From: Paraspadella gotoi
Lineage: Eukaryota > Animalia > Chaetognatha
DNA: 64,000 nt
Direction: 5' to 3'
Assembly: GCA_051294375.1 (NCBI GenBank)
Contig: CM119269.1
Coordinates: 13,114,790-13,178,789 of the forward strand
The notes below the pieces were generated by a model. It was given only the letters and a program-made list of their open reading frames with translations, was not told the DNA's origin and did not search any database. A program made the position numbers and the translations under genes. Positions 46,701 to 60,100 of the stretch are shown piece by piece (position 1 is the first letter of the stretch; every line of letters begins with the position of its first letter).

Positions 46701-49700
46701 TTAGGATAAGGTTAAGGATTGTTTTATAAATTTAAAAATATATTTAAAAAAATAATTAAAATTAATATTAAATTCTGGGAAAAATGAATCAAAAAGGGGT
46801 ACCCTATGAAAAAAGAGCACAAAAACTGTTGGTAAGTTTAGCTTTTTTTTAAAGCGTTTTATTTCTATTTTTTAATTTTTAAACTTAATTTTAATTCTAA
46901 TATTTAATCCTAATCTATACTTATAATATATAACCTATGTATAACTAGAATTCTAATCCAAGGCCTTAACCTAATCTATAACTTAATCCTATACCTTAAC
47001 CTTTAATTTTTTTTTTACTTAAAAAATATTTCAATTCCGAATTAAGACGAAATGGGGCGGTGTGAGAAAATAAGGCCGTCAAGGCTTTGAATGCTGGATT
47101 GATTATTATTATCATTATTCATCAAAAAGTATTTACCATTTTGTTTTGCGAAGAAAATCAGTTTTGCGTAATCTGTAAACCATTTGGATAATTCACTCAG
47201 TCCGACCCAAGCTTCTTCCTCTTCGAGACATTGGTTATTCTTTTTTATTTGTTTTGAAGTTTTGCATTTATTGTTTTGGTAGCCATTCTCGTAGAAAGAC
47301 CAATTGCCGTCGATGAATCTGCTGTCGTGTTTCCAGATGCGGTGCCGAATCGGCCACCAGCCAAGATCCAATAAATCTTTAGGCGAATTTGCGTCTTGAA
47401 ACGAAATGATAAAAAAAAAAAAAAGAAAAGAAAAAAGAAAAGAAAGTAATTTTACGAGGTGTGGAAGACGATGACGCGAGCATGAAGTACTATGGGGTAT
47501 GAAATACTACCGCTCCAGTCCAGAGGTTATATTTCATTCTTTTATTCTCAGAAATTGATTGCGTGAACCAAATAAGTCTCTTTCAATTATAATTTTACAA
47601 TAATTTGACAAAAATAGTTTTTAAATTCTAAATTTACAGCATAATATTTAAATTTACTCTTTATTTTTAAAATATTTAATGTTTTTAAAACAGTTATTAA
47701 TATTTCGATTTATTAGAAAAAATTTTCAGAAAAAAGTACGTTACCGAAAATCTTCATTGGTTTTCGAGTTAACTGTTCATCTGCATTCCCTTGAATCGAG
47801 TCTTGATTTAGACCTCCTGGAGATTGATCATTATAAGGAGATGGTGAAACTTTGTCTAATGACGATTCTGTTGCAGGTCGTATTGTTTTTCCATCTAAAT
47901 TCATTTTGTTTGTTGTCGGTTCCTCTGGTGTTGATTTGTCGTTCGATGATATTTCGATCGTCGGTGGCGCTGGTGAGAATTCCTGCATTTCCAATTTGGT
48001 CGTTGGATTCGAGGTTGTCCCACTCCCACTCTCAGTCTCACTTCCATTTTCTTTTTCACTTTCACTTTTGCTCAGCGCTGACGATTCTTCGTCTTTAGTC
48101 GGAATTCGGGGAAAAGGAACTGAAAAAAATTATATAATTATTATTATTATTATTGTATAATGTATTGTATAATTGTATATATATATTATAAATATATATT
48201 TATAATGTAGAGGTAGAAGGCTTTTTTGGGGGGCTCTTTTTCTTTATGGACGGTTAGGTAACATATAAACACAATTTTTTGTAATTAAAACTGGATTAGA
48301 AGAAAAACGGTCGATCGAAATTGATGTTTTGTTGTCTTTTAATGTTAAAAAACAAGGTTTAGATAAATATGCAAAATTTCTACCCTAAGTAGTACGTACC
48401 TCTCTCCGGCGTATCCGTACATTCGACCACAAAATTTTCATTTTCTCTTTTTCTCAAAAGCGAATTTCTTAATTTTTCGTTTTCGGGACAAAAGACTTTG
48501 ACGACGATGTCGGCGGCAACGACGTCTAGAAAGACGACGAACGCCAATAATATAAGACGTCGCGACATTAAATTATGTAGAGTCTGTAGACAATCGGACG
48601 AATTTGGATTATGAGTTAAAACCGTTTAAATGTCAAATTCTCCTAAATGTTGAGATGGAATCGCAGCAAAATAATTTTTTTCTGCACAGTGAAATTCAAT
48701 GGTGATAGATTTTTAAAGTTTACCTAGGTATTAGGTATTAGTTAAGTATATTTTATTCGACTATTATAAAAATATAAGTATAAATATTTTAGTAATCTTT
48801 CCAAAAAAATTAAGACAAAGCTCTTTTTAGAAATCTACCTCCAAAAAAATATTCTTTATAATATAAACATTTTTAATCAAGTAACTGTGCTGATATTTTC
48901 ATTTAGAACTAAGTATTTATACGTGTCGTATTTTATTGCGTTTTCTCTCGATTTTTCTAAAAATCGTAATTGGACGGAAGATTTTGTTGCAGGATCGATT
49001 TTCCAATTTTCGTTTTTCCAAAATTCCGAAATAAGATAAAATGCAGAAGACTGTAACGCTTTGTGTCTACGTAAAATCTGAATATATGTATTATGTAATG
49101 AATACCGTAAAGGTAAATAGTGAACTGTATAGTTTTAAATAGAATGTAAGAGATGATTATAAGATATATGATTATATGATTATAAGAACAGGATGATAAA
49201 ACAAATGTTTTTCTACAATACATACTTGGTATAAAATTCAAACATAGGGAGAGCTGAAATAAGTCTTTATGGCTTCGCTATTGGGCAAAAGCCAAAATAA
49301 CTCGTAATTAACAAAATTGAACAATCAGTGAATAGCAAAGATATTGATTTAACATTTAACAGTTAAGAGCAATTAAAGGAATTATTAAAGGTATCAATGC
49401 GTAATATATCGTATATATACGTATATATATCGATAACAATTTCCAGATTCTAGATTAAATACGTTTGTTACTGCGATATATTAGATTAGAAATCAACATT
49501 AGAAAATATCCGTTGTTGTCGTTGTTGTTGCCACCCTCCATTTCAATTTGAGTCCTTTGCATTGGCAGGGATGTGGCCCAGGCGATCGTGATGCACCCCG
49601 ATTGGAAACAAGCCATGTACAACGAGATTCGCAACGAGCAACACGGCAAGGACACGCCCATGAGGAAACTCATTAGAAAATTTCCAGGTGAGGAGAGAAA

Positions 49701-52700
49701 AATATTTGTAACTCTGTTGATAATTGAATTTAAATAATTAGCTTTGACAGCGGCCCACGTCTCGAAAAGTGAATCGAATGGGTACTTAATACTACTTAAT
49801 TTTCGTTTTTCAACAGAGGTGGCGTTAATGGTCTTCAACAGATGTTGCTGCATCGGAAAGGGTAAAGCATCGGACTCGTCTTCTTACGAATATTCCGTCA
49901 CTTACAACTATGAGTTTTTGGAAGACTCTTACGTAGATTGGCGTCCGAATTTGGACAATTCTTCTAATCCAGGTTCGTCGATAAGGCTGGGTGATAGCGG
50001 TAATTTGTTAATCTGATACATTTACTGTTGTACTTTCAAGCCTTCCATCTTACCATATATTTAAAAGAACCTTAGTTTTATGAAATGATACATTTTTTCA
50101 TAAAGAATTCATTTTTAATTACAACCTCTGGTAATAATAAATTATAAAACAGTTTTTTTAAAAATTCAGCAATGTTTGTTTTTATTTTTGAAAAAAAAAA
50201 TTTGATTCTACAAAAAAAATCTTCTCCCTCTGTAGAGATCGTCATTAACGGAGGTAGTTAAAAACGATAAAGCATGGATTAACCAAATCTTAACCCTTAC
50301 CGTCGCTTTCATAGCTTACTAAGATTAGTATCTTTCTTGATAAACTTTAATGTTTTAATAAAATTAGTATTAGTGCTATTTTTTTTCTCGTTACGATTCA
50401 ATCTAGCTTTTTGTTAATCAATTTTATTGAGTAGTTAAGAAATACATAAATGTGATAAAAAGTTTTTAAACTTTTTGATAGATTCCTGCATGTAATAAAA
50501 CTCCCTTTGTGTCTCAAAACCTATAAATAAAACTTTGAAATCATAATAAATAATAAATAAATAAATAATAAATCGCGTTTTCGCTTTTTTTCTTAATCTG
50601 TCATCAATTTCTGCCGTTCATATTTTTTTTTAATAAGTTTTTCACTCATGCATGCCTTTTCTGCCGTCGTTCTTGCACTCGTAAATCTGCTGAGAAAAGT
50701 TTTGTTTTTTCATCCCACGAAAAATTATTGAGCTGTTTGTATACATGTTTGTAACATGCTGATTGCTGAATTGCTGAATCGCCACGTGAAAATACGAAAT
50801 GTGACTTACCAAACAAAAAAATTCGTTTTGTATGTACAAAACTTGAACTCTATCTTAGGTTTTGATGACCGAACGATGATTCGACCTTTTTCTTGCACGC
50901 GATTGAGCTAATTCTTTCGTTTGAAATTGTTCACCGTCTCAGCACTGTGTTTAATTAGTATGCGAAAGACTATGACTTTCGCCGTGAAATGTGAATGCAT
51001 ATCTGGCGTGATTCGCTTCGCAATACTTTCTCGCGTTCACAAATTACGAAGTTATGATGAGACTTGGACGGAATCATAAATTGTTGTCTGTTATGATTTC
51101 AGACGATGTCTACGACGAGAACGGTTGTTTACGATCTGAGACCAAAAGCGGAAAAAGCATTGTACCTTACACCAAAGACGAAAATATCCTAAAAAAGAAC
51201 AATCCCTTGATTATAATGGTATTGTAACAAACTATTTGACGATTTGTTGTGTAATTAATAGGTATGTATTCCGAGTATTAAAATAACATTTCTTTTCTTA
51301 AGGTAAAAACTCGACGCGAAGAATTATTGCGTCATCCACTCGTCTCATCTCTACTCACTCACAAATGGAAGGTGATGTCACACTCACACTTTCAAACTTT
51401 CATTATCACACTGTACTCGTTTATATCAATTGCTTGTTGTACCTCTGTAATATGACTTTTTAAAAATCCGCTTTTGCTAGCTTCCGTCTTACTCGTCTAA
51501 AATCGCAATAAATTTTTATACGAATATATGTAATTAAATTTTACCAATCCAACTTTCACCAGACTTTCGGCCGCTACATTTACTACATTACGGTTCTCTT
51601 TTTCTTCCTCTACGTCGTGATGTTGACCGTCTACATGTTCGGTGGCACGCCGCCCTATACGCTGTAAGGAAAATTTTAGTTTATTATTTTTAAATCGACA
51701 ATATTTCTCGTAGGAATTTTTTATACGTAGTAAGTCAGGATAAAAACTAGTCAGTACAAATTCACAGAATGTCAGGTTAAATTGCCGAGTACTACTTTAT
51801 AGAATGTCAGGATGAATTGCCCTGTTCAAATATACAGTATGTCAGTACGAATAAACAGTACTATGTCAGGGTTCATTTTCTTTTTATAATCGGCAGGCGA
51901 AAGTGTTGGAATGCTACCGGGATCGAATATTTTGACGACAATCTGACTTGCTGGGATCTCTGCACCGCGATGAAAAATTCCTGTCCCGACGACACGAACC
52001 GATTGCTCGATTTCCACAACGGCGCGGGTGAGAGGGAGACAGAGTGAGAGGGAGAGGAAGAGAAGAAGAGAGTGTGAGGGAGAGGGAGACAGAGTGAGAG
52101 AGAGAGGAAGAGAAGAAGAGAGAGGGAGACAGAGTGAGAGTGAAAAGGAGATGGAAAGCAAGAAGATAGATTTGATTAAAATTATTTTTGGCAAAACACA
52201 TAAATTTAAAAGATACACTGACGATATGAATAACAAATAAATATACATAAGTTAAATGAACAAGTAAATCACGAACCAATCGAAGTCGCCAGTGATTGTT
52301 CACAATTTTTAACTTTTTCATCTTTTTTTTTCAACCTCTAAAAAGTTATTTTCCTTACGTTAGTAGATTTAGTGAAAAGTAAATAAAAACTTTTCACCAA
52401 ATTAATTTAAATCTTAAACTTTTCATTTCATTTCACGCAGGCATCACGCGCTACGTAGTTCTCGTTCTCTCCATCATCAATTTGGGGCGCGAACTGTTTC
52501 AGTTGTTCTTTCGCGGGAAAAGTTATTTTACCTTTGAGAATCTATTCGAAGTAAGCGACACACCTTTGTCCGCTCATCTGTCCGTCTGTCTCTTTTTGAC
52601 ATCTCTCACTCTCCCTCTCAGGTCTTCGCTTACTGTTCCTCGCTTCTCCTCGTCTTAGATTTCAATTCCTGTTCAATGGAAACTGGATTCAGATGCGTGA

Positions 52701-52867
52701 GTAGAGTTAATCAAGTTTCAATGCTAAATAATCACCAACGAAATGTCAGTCGGGATTATCATCATTATCCGTATCATCGTCATCATTATCACAATCATGC
52801 TCACCTTCATAATCATCATCATCACCGTCAACAGTAACAATTCAATCTTTCCTACTCAGTACTCACC

Positions 52868-52912
<45 letters not shown>

Positions 52913-55201
52913 CTCATCTCTCTGCTCTCTCTCTCTATCTCTCTTTCTGCCTCTATCTTCTGTTTCCGACTCCATCTCTCTCTCGCTCTCTCTCAGCCCT
53001 GGCAATGGCTCATGGGTTCCCTCAGTATCTTCTGCGTTTGGATCGATCTCGTTCTCTTCATCAGAAAATTCCCCACATTTGGTGAACGAAGCGATTGAAT
53101 TGCTGTTGTGATGTAGTGGATGATGGGTAGTTCAGATGCTGGAGTAGATTTGGTAAATGTAATGGATGCGTTCAGAACTGTTTGGATTGTCCAGTGAATG
53201 AGTTTGATTTGATTTAGTAGCAAAAACGATCACCGTCTCACGATGTCACTTTCACAGGCATCTACGTCGTGATGTTCACCGACATCTTGAGAACCTTCGG
53301 GAAATTCTTCGTCGTCTTCTTCCTCTTCATTCTCAGTTTCGCTTTCTCATTTCACTGCCTATTCAGGGACATGGTAAGACATGGAAAGACATGGAAAGAT
53401 ATGATAGAGGTGACGAGCAGGTTGTTTTTAGGGACACGGTGAGACAAGGCTAGATGCCAAGATATGTTTAAAAATTTCAAACATTTCTCAGGTGAGATGA
53501 CCTCTTTAGGTATATAGTAAGACAAGGCAAGACATGATAAGATTGGGACAAAGTTAAAAGTGATAAGGCATGATATTGTACTTGGGAATAAGTATGTACG
53601 ACTCGATAATTAGATATGCCTTCGTACATTTTTAAAAAAAGAAAGCAAAAATAGTAGAAAAATACTGCAATTATCCAAACCACCCCACCCACCCACCCCA
53701 CCTCCTCGCCTCGCCCCAATCCTTACCCTCCCACACAGTTCACCTTCGACGACCCCGGCTCCGCCATCATGAAGACAGCGGTGATGATGATCGGCGAGTT
53801 GGAGTACGACACGATGTTCGGGGCTGCGGAGGCGGACAAGGCGGATTTGGCGGTCGAGCGACGCCGCAGCTTTAATCTCCTCTTTTACGGCGTCTTCCTC
53901 ATCATAATGCCAATCATTCTCATGAATCTGTTGGTGAGCGGCGAAAGGGGCGGACGGCGGGGGTGAAGGTTCAAGCGGTGGGGAGTTTAATCCCGGGGGT
54001 AAGGTTGGGTGAGAAGTTGTTTTAAAGGACATTGACGACAATGTTGTCAGGCCGATCTGCTGCTTTACAACAGTAGTTTTTGACTCTTTTTTTTTTTTTC
54101 AAGCTCTTTTTCTCTCCTTTTTTTTTCAGGTCGGTTTGGCTGTCGACGACATCAAAGCAGTTCAAGAGCAAGCCGTCTTGAAAAGATTGGCCATGCAGGT
54201 TCGAAAGCATTTCATGAAAAAAATATTAAATTAAGCCTTGTCCGCGGTTGTTAATTTAGTATTTATTTGTTTAATTATTACTGTTACAATACCTTCAGAT
54301 CGAACTGGCGCTCGAAGTTTCCTCTCTCGTCCCGCATTGGCTGCGGAAACGATTCGTGCAAAGAACAGTCACAGTTCTGCCCAACAACACTTGGAGCAAC
54401 AAAATAAGAAAATGCTTCGGCTTCAGGTGAACACACGATATCAAAATGGGATATGATGTATAAAATTGTATATTGTATAATGTATATCTGAATGAATGAA
54501 TGGATAATTTATAAATTGGTTGTACCCGTTTACCATACCATGTTGGTGTCCTTTAAAAAACATAGTAAAAACAGTGATTGATTTTTTTTCTAGGTACAAC
54601 TACCATTCTTTGATTTAAAAGCTAATAATAATCTAAATTTTTTTTGTACAGACAATCCATAAGAAGATCAGAAGAAGTTAATTCCGCTCTTAATCCTGAA
54701 AAGGTTAGTTGTTTGTTATATTACCTATTTTTTGTTGAAACCATAAATTCTAAATTGTTTTTGCTCTGAAAACAAATTTACAGACGGATTTGGAAAAGTT
54801 AGCGGAAGATCAAAACAAATTGTCCAACAGCGTCAAGTCGCTTCAGGAAAATTTTCTTTCAATGGCCGATCAAAACGCGAGAATTGAGGAGATTTTGGGT
54901 AAGTTTTTAATGGAATTATTACTTTACTTACCTTCTTTCTCTCTCTCTTTTTAACGATTCCATCTTTTCTCTTCGTCTCTTTTACTCTAACCCTCAAATG
55001 TCTTGTCATTTTAACGAATGGGTCAATACAAACTAATCCTCTGTATTTACTCGTGTCGTTTATACTATTTATTGAATTCATTTGATTTATTTTAAAAATT
55101 CTTATTATTTCCATTTCCCAGTGGCTCTGGCGATGGAGAGAAAAGTGAAAATTCCCGCCGAAAGTCGTGATCTTTGGGGCGACAACTCGAGTTTCCGGTG
55201 A
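33395..55201 (+). CDS. TRPA1: TRPA1-like ankyrin-repeat cation channel with many exons and alternative 5' exons
   Basis: Long ankyrin array ([41 protein letters not shown]), [54 protein letters not shown], pore [29 protein letters not shown]...[13 protein letters not shown], coiled-coil tail, stop at 55199-55201. Confidence 0.93.
36325..36572. repeat. 20-bp minisatellite (AAACCACCCAAACTCAACCA)n, about 11-12 degenerate units
   Basis: Repeating CCAAAACCACCCAAACTCAA units run up to the acceptor of the TRPA1 exon at 36579. Confidence 0.85.
36994..37330. mobile_element. MITE-like family member with a degenerate TTAGGG-like interior
   Basis: The end GAAATAGGGCGCTCTGGGAAAA is the near reverse complement of TTTTCCCAGAACGCCCCATTT at ~46590. 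Similar TTAGGG/TTAAGG-filled blocks occur at ~40660-40790, ~46590-46790, ~46900-47075 (inverted) and ~56845-57010. Confidence 0.5.
39182..39436 (+). repeat. Five 51-bp tandem units duplicating a TRPA1 exon end and its donor site
   Basis: AATTGTTCAGCTACTTGTGGAAAAGGGAGCAG-GTT(A/G)ATGAATGAATGAATT units start at 39182, 39233, 39284, 39335 and 39386. Confidence 0.92.
44853..44955. repeat. Near-perfect hairpin with ~44-bp arms in a TRPA1 intron
   Basis: AGATTAGAGGAAAAACGAAATTTTTTCGCGCTTTAACAACATTT pairs with AAATGTTGTTAAAGCTCGAAAAAATTTCGTTTTTCCTCTAATCT, one mismatch. Confidence 0.9.
45816..46047 (+). mobile_element. tRNA-derived SINE, copy 1
   Basis: A-box-like GGTGGCTCATTGAG and B-box-like GGTTTAATCCC; co-linear with the reverse complement of 61383-61582. 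Confidence 0.75.
46197..48568 (-). CDS. Secreted divergent fibrinogen-related (FReD-like) protein 1, four exons, nested antisense in a TRPA1 intron
   Basis: Signal peptide [19 protein letters not shown], module [12 protein letters not shown]...FVVECT, S/T/E-rich stalk exon, then GWWPIRHR...NWSFYENGY...[22 protein letters not shown] and ETVMLIK. All three introns are phase 1. Confidence 0.7.
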
Positions 55202-56321
55202 GACTGAATAATAAGAATCTCAATAATTAATTAATTAATTAATTATCCATAATCGGCGAACATGTTTTTCTAAAGTTACTATACGCCAATATTTTTATTA
55301 GACCTCCTCCCCACAAGGTTACTCTTTAAATGCCTTTTCATTTTTACATTGGCATCTTGAAACCTTTTAAATTTTTTTAAAAAATTAGAACTATACTATG
55401 TTTCCTAACTATCTAGGTCAGTTTCCTTCGTTCGACTGTTTCCTATTTTGCGGCTGTTTCACGAGGTTTTCATTTTTTCGAAATCTGGTTTCACGAGCCT
55501 TTTTTTTTAAATTCATTAATTATAACTATTTGTATTTCATGTTCTTAACAGAAACGTCTCTGACGAACCTGGGGATCGCCTTCCGCCTCCCGTCTTCAGA
55601 GACGAAGACAATTTAGGCGACGACGAAGGTCTCGTTTAAAAACCAACAAAAAACTAAAATGATTTAAAAAAATTGATTATCGTTGTGAGTTTTTAAGACT
55701 CATAATCGTTGTCTGTTCGTTGATTCGTTAGTCCAAACCGGCGACATTTTAATCTCGAAAGGAAAACTTTTTGATTTCTTTTAAAAAACCTTAAAACCTC
55801 CTTATATCAAGAATATTTTTTCAACTATCTGCTTACTTAGTGATCTTCTAAGAAATTATTAGCCTTTTCAAAGTGAAACTATTTATTTTGTAGTTTTTTA
55901 AAAACTATTGAACTAATTAATAATGAACGTTGAGTGTGATTTAGTTATTATTGATTGATTGTTCTTAATGTATTACCATGTTTAACAAAAGTTTCTTGCT
56001 TACATTTTTGTATGTTGTAATTATGTATTGTCAATTTTCTGCAGTATGGAATTATAATATTGTAGCTATATCTGATACATTATTTGGATTATAGAAGAAT
56101 TACTAAGTGGGTGAAAAAATTTGTAAACTTCTGTGCATTGTACCACAAAAAAAAGATTGAAATATGTGAAGAAAAAACCTTAATAGGCATAAGTTGTAAG
56201 ACAATTTTAGAATTATTTGCAATTGAAAAATATACAGATTATAAATAGAAAGTAGATACATATATTGTATAGATATTTAAAACCTAGTTAAAAATTTCAG
56301 TTTTAAAATAAACCATTGAAA

Positions 56322-56829
56322 AGACAGTAATAATTGTTGTTTTAGTGACAGAGTCGCTCAATATAAGCAGTCCCTGAGCTTTGGATCAGGCTGTAACACC
56401 ATGTTACAGGCTGGTTAAGCGCCCTGTCCCTCTTAACTGCTAGAACCCTGGACCTTGGGTTGGGAGGCGAATGACTTGCCTCCTGCACCAATGGTTGCTG
56501 ATGAAGGGTTGGTGGATTTTAGTCCACCATACATTTTCCCCTCCCCGAGGGAGAAGTCTGTTGTCTCTTCAGTGAATTGTTGTGGAAAGTGCGTCGCCAA
56601 GTGGAGGCATGTCGCCTGAAAGTGTTGTTGCTGTTGTGTTTGGAAGTCGAGCTCAAGAGACAGTAATAATTGTTGTGAGTGACAGAGCCGTTCAATATAA
56701 GCAGTCCCTGAGCTTCGGATAAGGCTGTAACACCGTGTTACAGGAGGGTTAAGCGCCCCGTCCCTCTTAACTGCTAGGCGACCACCAGACTAGAACCCCG
56801 GACCTTTGGGTTGGGAGGCGAATGACTTG
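56322..56829. repeat. Two ~160-170-bp direct repeats spaced 336 bp, hairpin-rich
   Basis: AGACAGTAATAATTGTTG...AGCAGTCCCTGAGC...CTGTAACAC...TGTTACAGG...GGGTTGGGAGGCGAATGACTTG at 56322-56478 and 56658-56829. Confidence 0.9.
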
Positions 56830-57175
56830 TTAGTTTTTAATTTTAAAGATAAGGTTGAAAGTTAAGGGATCAGGTAAGTGATTAGGTTAAGGATTAGGGA
56901 TTAGGTTAGTGATTAGGTTTAGGATTAAGGAATAGGTTAAAGATTATATGAAGGATTAAGCTTTTAGGATTAAAAGTTAGAGTTAGTGATTAATGATTAC
57001 GTTTTAGGGATAGTTTTAAAGAAAAGTTCTGGGTTGGAGATTATATTTTAGGCTTGGTAATAGATTAAGTTTATACAGAGTTAAAATTAAATTCGTGGGT
57101 TAAGGAACATAAAAGATTCACTTTTTAAGAAAAGAGTCGATTTTTCTTCTCATACGTTCAAAACGTTTCGTATCA

Positions 57176-60100
57176 TCATGAATTTCTTCTGATTGCCATT
57201 ATGGTTTCTTTCGGGATTTTCCAATCATTTAAGCTCTTCACAGTTCGGGCACAATTGAGGCAAAATTCATTGCATTTTTCCTTGTTGCTGTACCACCACC
57301 TGGCACGATTGTTGCACCTATAAATAAGGTACAAGTTTATGATATGGCAACGGAGGGACATGTATGATGCCTGGGGTGTGAGGCATCTCCCGACAGCGGG
57401 CGCTCAGGGTTTTGGACCTGCAGTGACCACCGTCACTGGCTTGTTTATGCCGATACCATCACACTTTAACCAGCGTGACCGTGAGGGGATTGAACCCAGA
57501 ACTCACGGTTGGTGAACGAGTACTTTGCAGTCCAAGCCAATGGGACAAGCTGAGTTTTACCAAGCTATACGGGAGGCGAATTTAGGATTCGCCACAATGA
57601 ACCCTTCTCAGCACACGGCATAATTACAACTCTTTTTACGTTTAATCTTAAGGCATAAAGTATAAAGCAATTCGTACTAGGATTTACAAGTGAATTTTTA
57701 TCTTTATAAGCCAATAATTTATTATATATATTATTATAAAGCAATATTTCGATTCTTATGGACGAATCATTTTTCAAAGTGAAAATAACATAAAAAGTCA
57801 CAAAGTAAGAGAGAGAGAGAGAGAGAGGTTTGATTTGACTGATTTGAATAAGTTCTATTGCACCTAGAATGTCCTTACACTCCTTAAGGCGACATTAACT
57901 TAAACAGTGAGTTACAAAATTCGTTTTTAAGTCTACTACAGTGGTTTACATTCATATTTAATATGAATATCTTCGCTAAGAGTGTGTGGGTGAAGTTTAA
58001 CACTTAACGAACGAGGTTGGTTTAATTCATAAGTGAAACTGTGTTGTAGATTTCAATATTAGACAATTGTTATGGTAAACTAAGATTTAAAATATAGGCA
58101 CACGGACGGTTCAGTTCGGAATCAAACTCAAAACGTTTGAAGTTAAGGAAAAACAGTTTTAATGGCGAAAAACAAAGAATTATTTAGTATTGATACATCG
58201 GACAATGTCCACAGTCCTAACGACTTCCCTCTGCGTTGGCACAGCGAGTAACCGCTCCAGTGATTTGCGGCGTCGCTGAGGGTGGGAAGCCATCAAAGCC
58301 AACAGTGAGATGCCCCATCCCAATGGGCATCANNNNNNNNNNNNNNNNNNNNNNNNNCATCACAGGCCAACCCGGCTGTAGCCATAGTTTACTAAATTAA
58401 ACATGCGTTACAAATTAATTTGGTATTAAAAATTTATGACATTCCGCCAAGAACCGCGCGATTGATTCGATTGCATTACAGTTATATTCAAAATTATTTT
58501 CCTCCTTTCTAATTCTAGGAACGGAAAGATTGTAGCTCAAAAAGCACGGACTTAATTAATAACCGTAATCATTTGGTTTAAGCCGTACGGCCATTCAAAC
58601 AATATTCATACTCTCACGAATCCCCAACAACAGACTCACGAATCCCCTTCCCCTCACTTCCCCGTTTTTCTCTCCAGTGACAGGTCACTTCCGTGCGAAG
58701 GTCCATCTCGATGTCGATGCCGTGAATCAATTGGCCTTGGATAGGGATTTTGGATCAGCTTTGAGGAGAGGTTCGTCGGTCAAATCGTCAGTGTTTGCTT
58801 GAGTTTGCTGTAGACACCTGTCTGCTATAATTTTTTCATGTCCGTTCTCTCAATTGGAACCAGGTCAAGAACACCGATGACCATAAAAATCGAAATATTT
58901 GCAAATAAAAATAAAAATGCACTTGTAAATCCTACTACGAATTGCTTTATACAATATCAATTTTTCGTTTTGTTTTTTATTACGTTTCCATATGAGTCGT
59001 ATTACAGTAGAGTTTCTTTAAAGTTACGATGTCGGGAATTTTATTTTTTTCTGTTAATAGCTAAGGTTACTCACTCGGAACTGCAGAAAATTCCCGCCCG
59101 TCAAAAGTCGAAATTCAAATTGAGTATATTCAAAATATTTTCCTCGCTTTCTAATTCTAGGAACGGAAAGATTGTAGCTCAAAAAGTCACGGACTAATTA
59201 TAACCATAATCATTTGGTTTAAGCCGTACGGGCCATCAAACAATATNNNNNNNNNNNNNNNNNNNNNNNNNNNNNNNNNNNNNNNNNNNNNNNNNNNNNN
59301 NNNNNNNNNNNNNNNNNNNNNNNNNNNNNNNNNNNNAAAAGAAGAAGAGATTTTTTTTTTAATAATTTTCATTCATTTTGGTTTTATTTCATTTGCTTCT
59401 TTGTTTTTTTAAAGAGTGAAATAAAAAAATAGCAAAATAGGATATATTATTTTATATAAGAATTTAATTTGCAAGAAAATGTATGCAATTATTTGCATGT
59501 GCATATATATTATATTTCAATATATTCTTTGATGTAAATGCATAAAATTAATTGAAAGGAAAAATGAAAAAAAATTGGGAGAAAAATAGTAAGAAAAGAA
59601 AAAAAATACTGGAAGGAAAGAAAAAAATGAAAAAAGGTAAAAAGAAAGGGGAAAAAATGAGAAAAAAGAAAGGGGAAAAGAAGGAGGGGAAAAAAGAGAA
59701 AGAAAAAGAAAGGTACAGAAGGAGATTAGTATAGAAAAAGATTAAAAGGGTTGAAAATAACAAAGGAAAAAAATAGGAAAAAATGGAAAAGAAAGAAGAG
59801 GTGAAAAAATATGGTGAGAAAAGGAGAGGAGAATAAGAGAGGACAAGAAAAAATTACTTTTCTTTAAAAAATCTAAGATTTTATACCAAAAAATAAAAAA
59901 AAATCATATTTAAAAATTAACGCGAATTTAACCGTTAAAATAAATATATTAACGGTTAGGTTAAAATTATTTTTAACCGTTAATAACCGTTAACTGTTAA
60001 CGGTTATCGTAACCCTAATTATAACCGTAATCATTTGGTTTAAGCCGTACGGGCCATCAAACAATATTCATACTCTCACGAATCCCCAAACAACAGACTC

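Noticed and set aside
56499-56560. CTGATGA as a hammerhead core (also CTGACGA at ~55560 and TCATCAG at ~39818)
   Set aside because: No stem II closed by GAAA follows any of them.
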